This document shows, piece by piece, positions 24,501-39,500 of a DNA stretch of 64,000 bases. The notes under the pieces were generated by a model. The model had not been told where the DNA came from. It made no database searches and saw only the letters and a program-made list of their open reading frames with translations. The position numbers and the translations under genes are program-made. The DNA is from Oculina patagonica (taxonomy: Eukaryota), in the NCBI RefSeq assembly GCF_052425735.1, contig NC_135760.1:19840001-19904000 (forward strand), read 5' to 3'. Each line of letters starts with the position of its first letter. Within the stretch, counting starts at the first letter, position 1.

Positions 24501-27500
24501 TGTGCATCTAAACCGAAATGTCGTGGTTAAAAAAAAAAAAACTCTGGTTGCAAAAATGACTAGGGCCAAGCTTTTTAAAACGAAATCCAGCATCCGAACA
24601 AACCTGTTCCTTCCAACAGCCGTTCCTCGATTTTCAGGTTAAATGACTTGGTCACAGAACACAGCAGATTGTAGGCAGCTAGGCGAAGACTGGGATCTGA
24701 AGTACCAAGATTCAACAAAGCCTGAAAGGAGAAAAAGGAAAAATGGCCTCCATATGAAACCCATTTGGTACTGCTACAAGACGATTGTTTCCTCATACGC
24801 CATAATAATTTACTATAGTCCCTGACTACTTGTTCATAACACGAATAAGGAAGCCACTACCTATTCCATTACTGGACAGAAGACAATTTTTAAGTCACGC
24901 GTCACGCAAGGAGTGTATGATGTAATCTTTTTATATTCTCGATACCAATCAGATGTTACTTTGTGATTGACAGATTAGTAAAGCGTAACCGAGCACGCGG
25001 TGAGATTTTCATGTAATTTTCCACAGTCAGTGTATTGGGGATCGATGTGATTAAAGTTAAGCTTAAGTTTTCCGTGATTAAAACCGTTGTTTAAATTCGT
25101 CATTATTGCCGTGGTTTATCTGTGAGACAACTACCGCGCACTAACTGTTACAAAAACAGCTTTACCTAGAGCGGCGCAATCTTATGGAACAGTCTTCCTT
25201 CCAACGTAAGACAAGCAGAGTCCCTTCGGCAATTTAAAGGTTTACTAAACCAAGTACTTTATGGCACGGCATTCGTGGAAAGCAGCTTTTCTTTATAATA
25301 GCTGATGATTTGACCGTGTGGAAATAAAGATTACCTTTACCTTTACCAGGGCACCCAGGCTGCTGACTTTACAGACATACGTTTGAATCAAGAGCTTAAA
25401 AAATAAAGTGTGGTAAAAGCTAGCGTCTTACCATGTTGAGTAGCGTTCCAGGGACGTCTTTGGGTTTGATCTTTTTACTTGTGGTTGTGGATGAATCCTG
25501 AAAGAAGGTGCATAAAAAAACATGACTACTTGCTCTGCTGAACGCCAACAACAACAAGATGAAACGTGGAGCTCAAGCATTGAAGACGGCGATACCGGGG
25601 ACAACGCCTTGTAAAAATTGAATTTATATTTTATGTACAAACTCGCGATTATCTTAATCCAGGGTCCTGAAGGGGGGCTATAAATTCCATTTTCCCAGCC
25701 CAAATGTTGCTCAAATCTCATTTCCCAGCCTATTGTTTTCCCAAATTTTTCAAAATCCCAGTCCTAGTTTTTCGGTCTGTGATTCCCATTGCCAGTGATC
25801 CAAATCCCATTTTCCCAGTGAAAATTTGCCCAAATCCCAGTTCCATTTTACCCCTGCAGGCTGGCCCTCTCTAAATCTATTCAGTGTACCAATAAGTTTA
25901 AGAACTACAATCTTGGACAAAACTGTTGAAACACTTCGGAAAATTCGCCTCAAACTAGGTAGCTCGCTAGAAGTCTCTAAGCATCAAAGGCAACGACAAC
26001 GACAACACATGGCCAGAAATCGCGGACATCGGATTTGGCGAATTTTGATGCATCATACATTTAGCGGTCACGAAAGTTGGTAATAGCCGCTGATTCAAAA
26101 GCGTGACTTTGGGCTCATAAACATCTACGAAGACAAAAGAATGAGGCCCACATAGATGTATATCTTGTGTAGTAGGGAAACCACTGGTCAAAAGTATTGC
26201 ACGATAAAAATAATGGAGCAAAAGAGCTTTCAAACGATGGCTTTTGCAGCAAAATTGGAGCAAAGACGGCTGAAATATCGCAGTTCAAAGACAGCGGATT
26301 TTGGATGTCAACATGGACTGCCGCCTGGTTTGCTTTTCGACGATTTACGAGATTTTTAAAAGCAAAAAGCAGGGCGAAGAAATCAGCACCGAAGGTGAAA
26401 ATTGGCCAAATAGTACATCATACGGTGCTTATCCTCAAACGAGGGCGGCACTTGGGATATTCAGCAAATGTTATCTGCTACGGCGGATCGAAATCTGCTT
26501 GGGATGCAAATATTGGATTTCAAGCCTCTGAAATATAGAGCGTTGTATGAGCCAAGCTTCGAAAATAAACATCGATAAAAAGCAGGGCCAGTATCATTTG
26601 TTGATGAAAAAAAAAACTAATCAGAATAGCCGAAGGACCTTTCAAGAACTCGAGAAGAGGGCGGCACTTGTTCCCGGTAGGCCAGAACTTGCTCTGTTTT
26701 AATTTGTTTTATTTCTCTCATACAGTTTTTGGCGGCCATATTGCCAATTAAACTCGCGCGTGCGCCGTGGCGTTGACCGGAATTTCTGGCCATGAACAAC
26801 AACAGCAAAATCCACTGCACGTTAACTTACGGGTTGTGAGAGCTGCCACCTTGTTTTGACATGCGTGACAGCTTGTACAATCTGCTCGCTGTCATTGCTC
26901 ATCAGAAGAATTCCTGGACCGACATTCGCAAGCTTTAGCAGACAGAGGTTCTCGTCTTCCACTGTGGCCTGGAAAAAAGGGAAAAAAGCTGAAAAACGTG
27001 CGACAAAAGATAGGAAAGGAACATTAGTTTCCTTTACTAGCACTAGACTGTTGTCTATTGTTCCTAAATCATGCACGAAACCAAATTTAACGGCAATAGA
27101 GAAAGTGTCAACTACCCGATTAAACAGACGTAAATTTTCATAAAAGAAAGATTGCGAAAAAACGTTTGTAGTCCTCGAGCACCCAAGTTCACTTGGAGAC
27201 TATCCTTTACCTGAGTTGAAAAGAGGCGACAGGAGATAAATTGCTATTTCTCGTAACGAATAAATAACTTACCCCCTTAACTTCGGAAGCATAGTACACA
27301 TCGTTTAGAATGCTAGAATAACCCAACACTCTATGCCTTTCTGGAGTGGTGATCTGAACTGATGTAGGGCCAACCTAACGATGCACAACAAGAACATAAG
27401 TCTTATTAATTATCAGGTCGGCGTTTAAATCCAGTTTCTCCAGCAACACAACAACCCCGGCTAGCGCTCAACGTGCCTCCCAAAACAAGAAGATTTTATT

Positions 27501-30500
27501 CAAACAACAAGTACAACGTTTGGTCTTTTACGTAATTACATAATTAAAAGGAGAAAAAAGAAGATCGATTACCTTGACTAAAACGTTACTTCTCGTTGAC
27601 ACTCTAAAAGCGTGAAAAACCTATGGAAAACAAACCGTACAAAAATTAACGTAACTTGTAAACATAACCTGATCATAGAAAGCCAAAAATAATGCTTTGA
27701 TTTTAGAGAACGGTACTCGACAAATGACAAAAAGTCATTAGAAAGTGAGGATGACTAATGATGGCGAGGATGAAAATGGATTACAATAGAGCAATTTTCA
27801 ATTGAGTATCGTAAAACCAAAACCAAAGTAATTACTCCGGCCAATCACAAAGGACACAGACAATCCAGTGAACCAATCAAAACTCGAAGCAAATACATGT
27901 AACTGGCACGAAGCGCAGGAAAACGTGCGCGAACGAGTCACGATTGGTTTTGGTTTTACTCCTGATTGGCTGAGAAAGTGGCGCGAGATTTTTAAGCCAA
28001 TCACTAAGCGTAGCAATGCAAAACCAAAGCAAACGCAATTTACTTTCGACACTCAAGTGAAAACCGCTCTATGACCAAGCTTGAAAACGTGAGACCTTTT
28101 AAGGTTAATTAATACATTGCAAGGGTGTTTGTTGTGTTTGTCCTATTTGACAGAAAAGCTGTAGTTCTACACAAGTTACCGGTGAGACAAAGAAAATGTA
28201 AGATTATAGTTGTGCATCAGAAGGCCTTTAGCACTTAATTGCTATGTTTAGTAGTTTTTATTATTTTAATCGAAACAAACGAGGGAGCAATGTTCTCGTA
28301 TTGCGTACCTTCAAGTCTTCCTCCAGGGTCACAGTGGAGCTTGGCAGCTTTAGTTCACCAGGACTGATATACTCATGCAGCTTACTCAGCGACTCGCACA
28401 CTCGTACCACGGAACGACCCTATTATGACAGATAAAATAGAACAAGTTTTATTTCAACGTATAAAAAAAACAAAAGAACATTTTTCGGCCACAATTGGAG
28501 TGACTACTTCATTTCCTGGAACCCTGGACTCTGATCTGTCTGACGTGTTCTGTATTAGTTTTGCGTGCAATTTACGCTACACATTTAAATCCTCACAGTG
28601 ACTAGAGTTTTCCACTGCATACAAATTGCAGAAGCAAGAATTTCTTTTAGAAATCCTTCATAGGAGCATTCAAAGAGCTTCAGAATCTTACTGTCCAATC
28701 AAATACAGCGTAATCACTGATACAAGGTGACGTCAGCTTGTGTTCATCAGGTGACATCATGTTGCTAAGCAACATTGTTGATTAAAATCGCGGGCTCGAT
28801 TAATTCCTAGAGAAGGAATTTCGATTGAAAAAGAAACAATTGACGCCACTGGTCACATCACAATTTTTATACAATTATGATGATATCCCTTTCTAAATCT
28901 TAACTACACTACACTGTCTACCTGTCAATAGCCGATTCCCTCTATAGCGCGCGCCTACAGGAAATCACGGTAGTTGTATTCATCAAACCATGCGCGAGAC
29001 TCAGCAACGGTGCACGTTTTAAGTCTCGCGCAAGATTCGATGAATACAACTACCGCGATTCTCTGCAGGCGCTCGCTATAGAGGGAATCGGTTATTCCCT
29101 CTCTCCTTTCTTCTCCACTATCTTCCAGCCTCTTTGTGTAGAAATAAAGAAAAACAATTTTATTTAATTACCTTGAGTGGAGAGAGATGGCGTTCGTTGT
29201 ACTTAGCATACTGTCTCAATGTACTACTGCAGTTGTACAAGTACGCCGCCTGGAGATTTTTCACCGCACCATCAGGTACAACTGTTAACAGCTTAACAAC
29301 TGTGGAAGGCTGGAAGAAAACAGCAACAAACAACATTAGAACTAAAACGAAAAGGAGCCATTTTTAGCATGGAGTTTGACAGCTTGTGAGCAAGGCGTCA
29401 AATTTTGAGTGGCTATCCCCCGCAATGCTCCTCAAATGTTTAAAGGGACTATGTCACGGATTTACCAGATTTCTGAACAGCCAAAATTTATATTTGATGA
29501 AGATTTTCCCCTCCTGTGTTTGCTAACAGAACAGAATTCTTAAGCATACCTAAAGGACCTTCAGCCCTTGGGGCACGTTGTATAAACTACTTTTTACTTA
29601 CACTGAATCGGTTCTCCAATGTTGTGTGAGTAAAGTCAACAACTAATTATCCCCCGGGGGGGCAATGCTCCTCAAATGTTTAAAGGGACTAATTCACGGA
29701 TTTACCAGATTTCTGAACAGCCAAAATTTATATTTGTGTCGCATGAAACCTAGAAATAATAGTCCATTTTTATTAACAAATGCTATATTAGAGCACTGAA
29801 ACTGTTTACTAGCATTATTGGCTGCGGATGGCTTGGATGGAAATGGATTGCAATTTGAAAAAGTTAGGCAAACGTTTTCAAGTTGTTTCCGCGCGTCTTC
29901 GAAATATCGATATTTGTAGCCTTAGCTTGATTTCTATCCGCAAATTAAGATTATATCTTCCTTTAGATGATCAAAGATATTGTTTTTTATGGCTTTAGTT
30001 GCCTTCCACTAATTTCAGGACAGTTTAGACCAAAAATCTGCGAAATCTCCGTGACATAGTCCCTTTAAGATGTCACGTTCATCAGATAGATACCTTTTAA
30101 AGGGGCTTTGTCGCGGATTTTCCCAGATTTTTGTACAGCCAAAATGTTTATTTGTGTCGTAGGAAACCTATACATAATGGTCCATTTTTATTAGCAATTG
30201 CTATATTAGAGCACTGAAACTGTTAAAGAGCGTCTTTGGTTGCGGATGGCTCGAATGGAAATGGATTGCAATGGCTTAACTTCTTAAGTAGTTTCCGCGC
30301 ATCTTCAAAAATCGATATTTATGGCCCTAGCTTGATTTTTATCTGCAAATTAAGGATTATATCTTCTTTTAGATATTCAAAGAAAATGTTATTCATGAGT
30401 TAAGTTGCCCCCTAGAAAATTTAGAACAGTTTACTTTAGACCAAAAATCTGCGAAATCCCCGTGACATGGCCCCTTTTATGACATTACAAACAAATGATC

Positions 30501-33500
30501 AGAAACAAGGTGTCACTTTTGAAGATTTTTCCCTCCTGTGTTTGCTAACAGAACAGAATTCTTAAGCATACCTAAAGGACCTTCAGCCCTTGGGGCACGT
30601 TGTATAAACTACTTTTTACTTACACTGAATCGGTTCTCCAATGTTGTGTGAGTAAAGTCAACAACTAATTCCCAAGGCCTGTCAATGCAGCTTTCTACTG
30701 TTAGTAAGGCGTGGTAAATGAGAAGTTCGTCGCTTATTTGGTCACCCCTGCAATTAATGACAAACAATCAACATTCTCAAAAATGCGCCATATTGAAATT
30801 ACACTTTACTTTTCTAGTTTACCCATAGTCCTACGTATAAGATAAATTCCTTGGCCTTCCAGATATAAAGGGATTAAAAGGACAGAGAAAGGGTACAGCC
30901 TTACTAAATACTAAGTTCTATTAACTAAAAGTACAATATCTGTACAGCATCCAACCGGAATAATTTACATTAATTTTTAGGCTCAGGGTCAAATTATAAA
31001 TTTGTCTAAATTATAAAACTGCACCTGAATCGTCTGGCGATGTAATAAAACACTGGATGTCCTCCTTTTGAATTTCCACCCTGGAATTAATAAAAACAAA
31101 AAGTTGAAACGATTTCTAGCCTTAGTAATAAGCCTATTCTATTTTACACCTTTAAATACCAGCTTAGTTTGTCAATGGCAGATGTCGAAATTATCCTCTT
31201 TTTACGGAAGGTCACGGGCCTCATTCCCGTCGGGGACTCAGAATTTTTTCCTTTGTACCACGCTCGGGACAACTGAACCCAAATTTTTGTAAAAATGTTG
31301 ACGGTTTTTTCTGAAAAGAAACAAAGCAAACAAATAAATATAAAACGAAACATAAAACGTACTTGGTAAAACACACTTAGATTTTTCATGGTCTGCAATT
31401 CGTCCCGACTCTCTTCTGCGTGCCGTGCCATGAACTCCTCAAACCGTGCACCATCTTGCCATCGTCTAAACAACAAACAGACAAAACGTTTCAGTGAAAA
31501 CCTTGCAAAAAAATTCAGCTTCTCTTAGAGATGTTACTTCAAGTTTGCATACCGTAAAAACACTTGCTCTCTTTCTAAAAGAGCCACTCAGATTGCTACT
31601 CCTCTCTGTTAATCAAAACCGAAGTAATAAGGGCTTACACATCTACATTCTTATAAAGAAAAGCAAACTTTCTAGAATGCAGCACCGCTTGTTGTAAAGA
31701 ATAGTAATAATCTAATGTTACAAACAAGGCTTAAAACTTACACATGTGAAAAATGATTTTTCTGCTGATCAGGGGCCCCAAGATGAGCTAGAAGGGTAGA
31801 CATTTTCTCAAATGGTCTTCTACCAAAAGTCTTGAATTCGCTGAAAGAAACATATGGCTTTTCCTTTCAAACACAATTTGGCTATAACTATAACTATAAT
31901 AACACCAAAACTAGCAGTATGATTTACCAGTACGTTATGTTAATTGGTCAACAATTAACTTTTCTTTTGCTTCATCATTAATCACTTATTAATAGTAGGT
32001 AAAATCCTAGTGTGTGACCATTTACATGAAAATAATTATTGAGAAGTATTTTCATGCGGTAGTATTAAATGTTATGCTGTATTTTGCTGCCTTTAACTCT
32101 TAAGTATTTAGATGAAGTTTTAGTGTGTGACCATTTTCAAGCAAACTATTAAACAGTACTTTCCTGTTTCTTTGTTTGTTTCTATTTCACAAAATATATT
32201 TTCAATTTTTTTTACCCATTCCCGTCTTTATCTGTTTGGCACTGAAACACAATATCCACAATGTTAACAATTTTTCTGGGTTCCAACGGAATTTTTTTTT
32301 CCAAAGGGGTGTTTTTTTTTGTCTTTTCCAAACATTCATGCAATAAAACAAATAGGTTATTTGCTAACCTCTTCGTAGCTAGATAAGTGCCAATCTTTTC
32401 TTGGTGATCCCACAAGAGTTTATGAAGACTTAACACACTGCTGTCACTAATGAAAGAATAACTCGTACTATCCTCGTCTCTCTTGGAAGGGCACTTTGAT
32501 GAGATGACACTGAAAAATCTGTAAAATACGTGCAATAAATGAAAACTAGAAAGCAATAAATTAAACAATAAATGAAAACTTAAAGCTAGGCACACACTTG
32601 CGGACTAGTCGCAGGGACTTATCCTTTATTGTGTACTACACAGAAGCAAGTCCCTAGTCTCCTAGTGTAAGTGCTTTGCATTTATTTGTTGTTTTGTTGC
32701 GGTTTCAAGACGCACGCCCTGATCACGTGAAACCCCAAGGTTCAATCTGTTCTTGGCCTAAGGAGTAAGTATACACTTAACGACTGGTCCTCAGGGAAAC
32801 AGCTAATTTTGTTTCCCGAGAATCTCAATATTTCTCGAGCGGGGCCGAGGGAAACATTGTGATTCGTGGCAAACAAAATAAACTAGTTTAAATTTGTTAT
32901 ATACATGTAGCACATCTAAGACTTCGAAAAACGGTGTTCGTCGGTCAACATTTTCCCCGGGGGGGGGGGGGGGGTACTCCCATATGTGGCCTATATAGGT
33001 ATGTGCCGCCCGATAGGGTATGGTTTTTGAGGTTCTCGGTCCTTAAATAGGGTATCATTTTTGCTCCTTTTGGCAATGTGTTCCTGGTGCGATCCTTAGA
33101 TAGGGTACCTAAATTCTATTAGCTAAAATAAACGCCCAGCTAAACGAAAAAAAGGTTTCTTAAAACAGAATTTTCTGTTCAGGTATTAGTAAAGCGATTT
33201 TATAAAGATTTGTGTCTTGCCGTGCGCGGTTAGCCGTCACGGAACGCTTCTCCTTCCCTTGAATAGGGTGTCTTTTTTCGGTTTTGGGCCTTAAAAAGGG
33301 TATCAATTTTCTCTTTCTTTATCCTTAAATAGGGTCAGGGTTTAAGAACCTTGGCGGCACATCCCTATCCGAAATTTATGGGAGTACCCCCCCGGGACAT
33401 TTTCGGGCAACCGTGCACTGTTACCTTCTGACGTGATACATTATACACTTAATGACTGGCCCCGAGGGAAACAGTTAATTTTGTTTACTGAGAATCTCAA

Positions 33501-36500
33501 GACTTACTTTCTTGCCTTATCGAAGTTTGCTTGAAGAAAACCGTTAAATGGTTCCATGTGTTTCTCTTTAGTGAACAGCACATGGTTGGCTAAATTCTGG
33601 AGAATCTGAAAAAAAAAATACAGAATTGAAGTACCTTATTACAAAATGGTCGCGACTTATATTAATGATATACTGTTCGACTTTTTATAAGAAAACTAAC
33701 GGACTGGATCAATTGTGCAGGCTGACTTTTGGGTAGAAGTTGTTGTTTTTTGCGGATGTCGAGTTTCGTGTGGAAACTACCATAGCAGGTAAATATCTTG
33801 GCGTTTTATAAAAATGTTTTTTTTTTTTGGTTAGATTAATTTGGAAAACTCTTTGACTTTTCCTTCACTTAAACAATTTTTTAAAAAGAAATTTTAATTG
33901 GAAAAGTTTTCCTTGGCCTGCTTCCTACTTTTTAAAAAACTGTAAAAAAAAAACACACTGTCTCTGCAATGAACTACGGAATGACAATATGCTATTTAAT
34001 CAGCTACCTTTGACAATAACATAAGACCTCTTCTAAGCTCTTCTGAAGGATTCTGGTCAATAATTCCTGTAACATGTGGCGACGCTAAAAGACAAAACGT
34101 TTATTAATCTTTAGCAACTCTTAATGAATTCATTCCAATATTCTGCCAATTAGAAGTTGATTCAGAGCTTGATAAAATGCTATTTTTGTTCTAACGTGGG
34201 GAAGCGGAACTACACATAACGAAATAACAAATCCCAAATCACTATACAGTCAACTCTTGTTATAGCGGACAAGCTCGGGGCGTCGTTGAGTGTACGTTAT
34301 AGCCAGAGTCTGTAATAGCGGGAGTCATTTCCAGTCAGACCTCTTTCGCCGGGGATCTGGATTTTGTACGTAATAGCGAGTCTCCGCAATAGCGGGGTGT
34401 CCACAAGGCGAAGGTTGACTGTAATCACTTATAACGTTATCATTGCAATCGATTGCCTCTAATGCCTTGAACGCCAGGCATAACTAATCGATGACATCAA
34501 TGACATCAATGAAATCAATGAGTAATCAATGAGTAATCGATGGGTAATCAGTTGATTAGTCATTGATTATTGCCGATGATCAATGAGTAATCGATGACTA
34601 ATCGATAGGCCACAAAATTTTTGGTCATCGATTAGTCATCGATTGCATCGATTAGTCATTGATTGCATTGATTACTCATCGATATAGTCTCGTGGTTGAA
34701 AACCGGAACTTGTAAAAGTATAACACGCTATAACAATCTAACAGTATTATGGTAACAAGTGAAAAAAGTACAGAAAGTAAAAGTGCTTGCAGCTGTTCCG
34801 TTGCGTAATGTAAGTGCTTATGATGGCTGTCTCCCTCAGCCGAAGCAGTTTTAGTTTGCTGACAAACATCCACCGACCAAAATCTATAACCACGTAGTCG
34901 ATTCTTGTCTTCGTACTTGTTAGTTTCATTTCCAGACTGGTTGGTTTTCCTGTTCAATTGTTTTGTTATTAATAAAGAGTTGGGTATTAAAAGTGAAATA
35001 TCGAAATATCATCTGTGTTTGTGCTTGGCCCTTCACGTCTTGATATGCCGGAAGGTTATTTGACCTTTTGTGAGCGCGTAATTTCGTGAACAAAAATGCC
35101 AGTTATAAAGAAAAATAGAGAAACATAGAAAAACAGAAAAAAATCACAAAAAATGGTACAAGAAAGCAAGGAATGTGTCTTTTGTGTGCAGTATGATTGT
35201 TGATGAGTAATCGATGGGTCATCGATGAGTAATCAATAACATCAATAGGTAATTAATTACATCAATGAGTAATCGATGTCATCGATAAGTAATCGATAGG
35301 CCACAAAATTTTTGGGCTTCGATTACTCATCGATTACTCATTGATCATTGCCAATAATCAATGACTAATCAACTGATTACCCATCGATTATTCATTGATT
35401 ACCAATTGATGTCATTGATCATCGATTAGTTATGCCTGGTGAACGTTATTAACTTTCCGTCCACGAATTTCACCTGTTTTTACAAAGTTTGGGTCTTAAC
35501 TAACTTGTCATTTAGAGCAGTTTTCACTTGAGTATCAAAAGTAACTTGCATTTGCTTTCATTGGTTTTACTACGCTTAGTGATAGGTTTAAAACTCTCGC
35601 GCCACTTTCTAAGCCAATCAAAACCTATCGTGACTCGCTCGCACACGTTTTCCCGTGCTTCGTGCCTGTGACATGTGTTTGCTTCGAGTATTGACTGGCT
35701 CACTGGACTGTCTGTGTCCTTTCTAATTGGCTAGAGTGATTACATTTTGCTTTTGGTTTTACGACACTCAATTGACACATAACATACATAATCCTCTTCG
35801 CGCCTAGGAGGCACATAAGGCTGAGCACACAATTGAAGACTGCTCTAATTATGATCAAAATCAAACATACTTATTGCTGGGTTGATAAACCTCAGAAAGA
35901 AGGCGCTGCCCACTGCTTCTAAGCTGTGCTTGGGAAATCTCTGATGAACAACCTATGAAAAACAAATAATGAATATTATCAAGAAAAACTTAAAGGGACT
36001 GTGTCACGGCTGATTGAAGTTTATTTTATTTTGTTTTGCCAAATACTCGCTATGAATCCTAATGTTTGCAAAGGAATTACTTCTATGGATCTAAATGACA
36101 AAACCATGCTATATTTAGAGAGGAAGCTGCGGTGTGGGCTGTGGGATTGGGGGGGGAAAAGGAGACGGAGAAAACGGGGAGGAGGGAAACAAAAAAGGGG
36201 CGGGGGGGGGGGAGCCCCCCAGCTTCATTGAATCCAAATTTGTCTCCCGGGCGATAAAATTCAAAGCTACAAGCAAACGAGATTAACTTTGAAAACTGTT
36301 CAGCCCAACAATATTTCAAAAACCCATATCGCAATTCGTTTCAATCTTCGTCACTTTTGACCATCCGTACCTTCTTTTGTATTTTTTGTGTTATCGAAAT
36401 GTCCCTTTACTGTTTTAAGAGGTTATTTTTATATTTCACTAAACTTGTTGGTCATTTTCCAATGCCTAAATTTGGCTAAAATTCGTGACACAGTCCCTTT

Positions 36501-39500
36501 AACTTAACTTGTCTTAAACTTTAGACCCAGGAAAAAGACAGTGGCTAATACCATGTACTGAAATAGACGTAAAAGATAAAAGCACCAGCAAAAAGGCATA
36601 AAAGTACAAAAGAGACATTTCCGCCCTATTTAGACCCTGTTTAGTTGATTGGTGTGATCAAACAAAAAAGTTACAGTCCTACTTCTTATAAATAAAAGTT
36701 ACATGTGATATGTCTGATTCAAGGATTGAACAACAGAGTAGTAAACTGTACGGCAAGGAAAATAAACTCATCAAATTCTTAAAAGACACGCTTACCTCCC
36801 TAAGGCAGTTACACAAACTCCGCAGTTGAATGGGGAAGCTAAAAGAATAAAGATGGTACAAAGATTAATTATGTCACGACTGTTTCATTAATATTTTACA
36901 ACTGTCGAGCAGGAAAGAAAATAAGGTCACACGTTTTGGGGCACAAGGAAATGAACAAAGCTTGTTCTTTAGTTAAACCGAGAGAAAGATTTATCAAACC
37001 AGAAGTAATAGTTACAAGTCTGACTGAACAAAAAAGTCGTAAAACATAGCTTCGCCTTGTTGAATGGGCTGATGAAGAGTTAGATCTGTTAACCAGGAAC
37101 GGCAAACAACTAGCCCTGGACTTCTTTGCATGATGTTTGTGGTACTCCGACCTATTTGGTGATATCTTACAGTCAAAATAGTCAGCGCGTGCCGCCTATT
37201 ATTCCAGAATAATTTTGAATAACGGCGAACGGATTAATGTAACGGAACGGAATGCTGTAATGCGTAACAATGTGTGAAGGCAACTAATGCACCTTGTAAC
37301 TGAATTTACAACACTTTCGCACAAATACATCACAAACTGTACAAAAAATCTAACTTACCTTTCAGCAGAAATAACAATCTCATTGAGGAATTTCTGTGCC
37401 GCTTTGATTAGGTTGTTCCTGTTTTCTTCAACATTTTGACCTTTTTCAAGCCTGTTTTAAGGAAAAAATAAAAACAAGTGAAAATTTTGGACAAAGCTTC
37501 ATAAAAATATCTAAGAAGTTTGAGATAATTGAGTTCCCGTGTGAGCTTTTCACCAAAGAGTAAACATGACATTTCTTGGCAATTATGGCCTTATTCAATT
37601 TTTGGAGATGGAACTATTACAGGTGTTGGAACCCGGTTACCCTGACAGTGAATGATCACAACAGGGCATATTTGTGAGACGTACATTAGACGTGGTGAAC
37701 CACATTTTGAAACCTAAACAAGATATCACCAACAAGTTCCAAACACATTATTGACTGTGAGCTGGCAATGTAGACTCCTGCCATCTACTTATGTGACTAC
37801 AAACCATTACCAAGATTAAGGTCGCGCAAGACCCTTGCAGTCATTAAAAAAAAAGGTCAGCTCCGAGCCAAAGTGGCGCATACTGCCGGAGCTTATCCCG
37901 GTTTCCTAGGCCTAGGTTTTATTAGGCCACCGCGCCTCCCATCTTGCAATCATTAGTATGTATTTATTTAAAGAGTATGCACGAACTGCCGGACGACTGA
38001 AACCGACAACAAACGAAATATTCCTGAGAATGTTTGTTTTTAAACTCTTTTTTACAAGTAATTACTAGTAATTGTTCTCAGCTTTGTGCACGTGCGCTGG
38101 AACATAGGGAATTATCATAATTAGATTCACAGCTTTGAATATATCACACGTTGTTGTAAACATTGACTCGGAAGGTCTTCGAAAGCCTCAAAACCTGCAA
38201 ATTTGTGTTTGCAAAAAAAAAAAAAAAAAACTCTAAGTCGCTTCATGCTATCGAAACCAGGATAAGCTCCGGCCTTATGGGCCACTAGGCTCGAACACAG
38301 ACTTTACCATGCTTTGATAATTTAGGCAAGGTTTTTAAAGCACTGTGTAAGATGTCAAGCCCAAAAGAACTTTACCAGGATATTCCAAGTTACTTCAACA
38401 TACTTACCTGGCTGAAACTTTAGGCAACAAGATAACACAGAGTGTAAACTCACCTTGTAGGATCAACTTCAAATGAGACCCGTTCTTTGTACATTGGAGC
38501 TATCAGTGGTCCTAACAGAGTGTGTAGGTAATTGCCACCAAACACCTTGAAACAGTACGCCATGGTTTTACTTGAAAGGCTGTTTCCTCTGAACAATGTC
38601 TGCATCCCTTCTGTGCTATACACCTGGACAACAAAAAAAGGCAAAACAGTCATTATGATAATACTTTTTCTGTTTTGCACCCATTTCTGGACAATTTTTG
38701 CTGGAGGAATTATGCGATTAAAAGTCGTGCTTTCTGAAATGACCAGTTCTCAAAAATCTGGCTGTTTTAAGAGGCTGTCTTTGTAGAAACTGGCCATTAA
38801 TTTTTGGATTTTCTCTCCTATAGCCTGATGATTATAATCTGTCAATACAAAAGCAAGGGAATTTACCACTGTTAGGACTGGGCATTTTAACATTCCCTTG
38901 GCCTAAGATGGGGTGAAGGGTGGGGATATGAGTTGGTTTACACAGGAGGCGCGGGGCGCCGGGGGGGGGGTGGAAACCAAAATAACAACTTAGCCAATGC
39001 CTGCCTTTAGAGCCATTTGCATTAGAAAGTTAAACTGAGAAATGCTGCAAATTGCTTTTTGTTCCCTTTCCACTTGTAAATATCAACTACCCTACTTTGA
39101 TTTCTAACAGGTACTGTTAACTGTGTTGAGTTTTTCACTGGCGTTAGTAACGAAATTGTTATACTGTTATACTGTCCTTGACTAGTTGGCTGCTGTTATT
39201 CTATGGCATTATGTAAATGATCAAACCTCCATAGCAAACACGTTATTCAGCAGCTGTGGAAGGATCTGCCTGTCATCAAACAAAGTGACCAGAACATGAG
39301 CCAGTTCATCCTGAAATACAAGAGACAGCACTTCAACTTTTGAAATGCATTATATTTAACAATTATCCTGCGAAATCGCGTGACGATATTCCCGAAGATT
39401 GAGCAAGATAACTGTTTTATTACTCAACAAACTGTCAACGAAACTCGTTTTGCAGATAGATAAACTGCGCTTGCTGGGAGGCGCGGTGGCCTAATGGTTA

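Noticed and set aside
25750-26820. Cluster of 67-113-aa ORFs in an NF1 intron
   Set aside because: No recognisable motifs, on both strands, within repeat-derived sequence.
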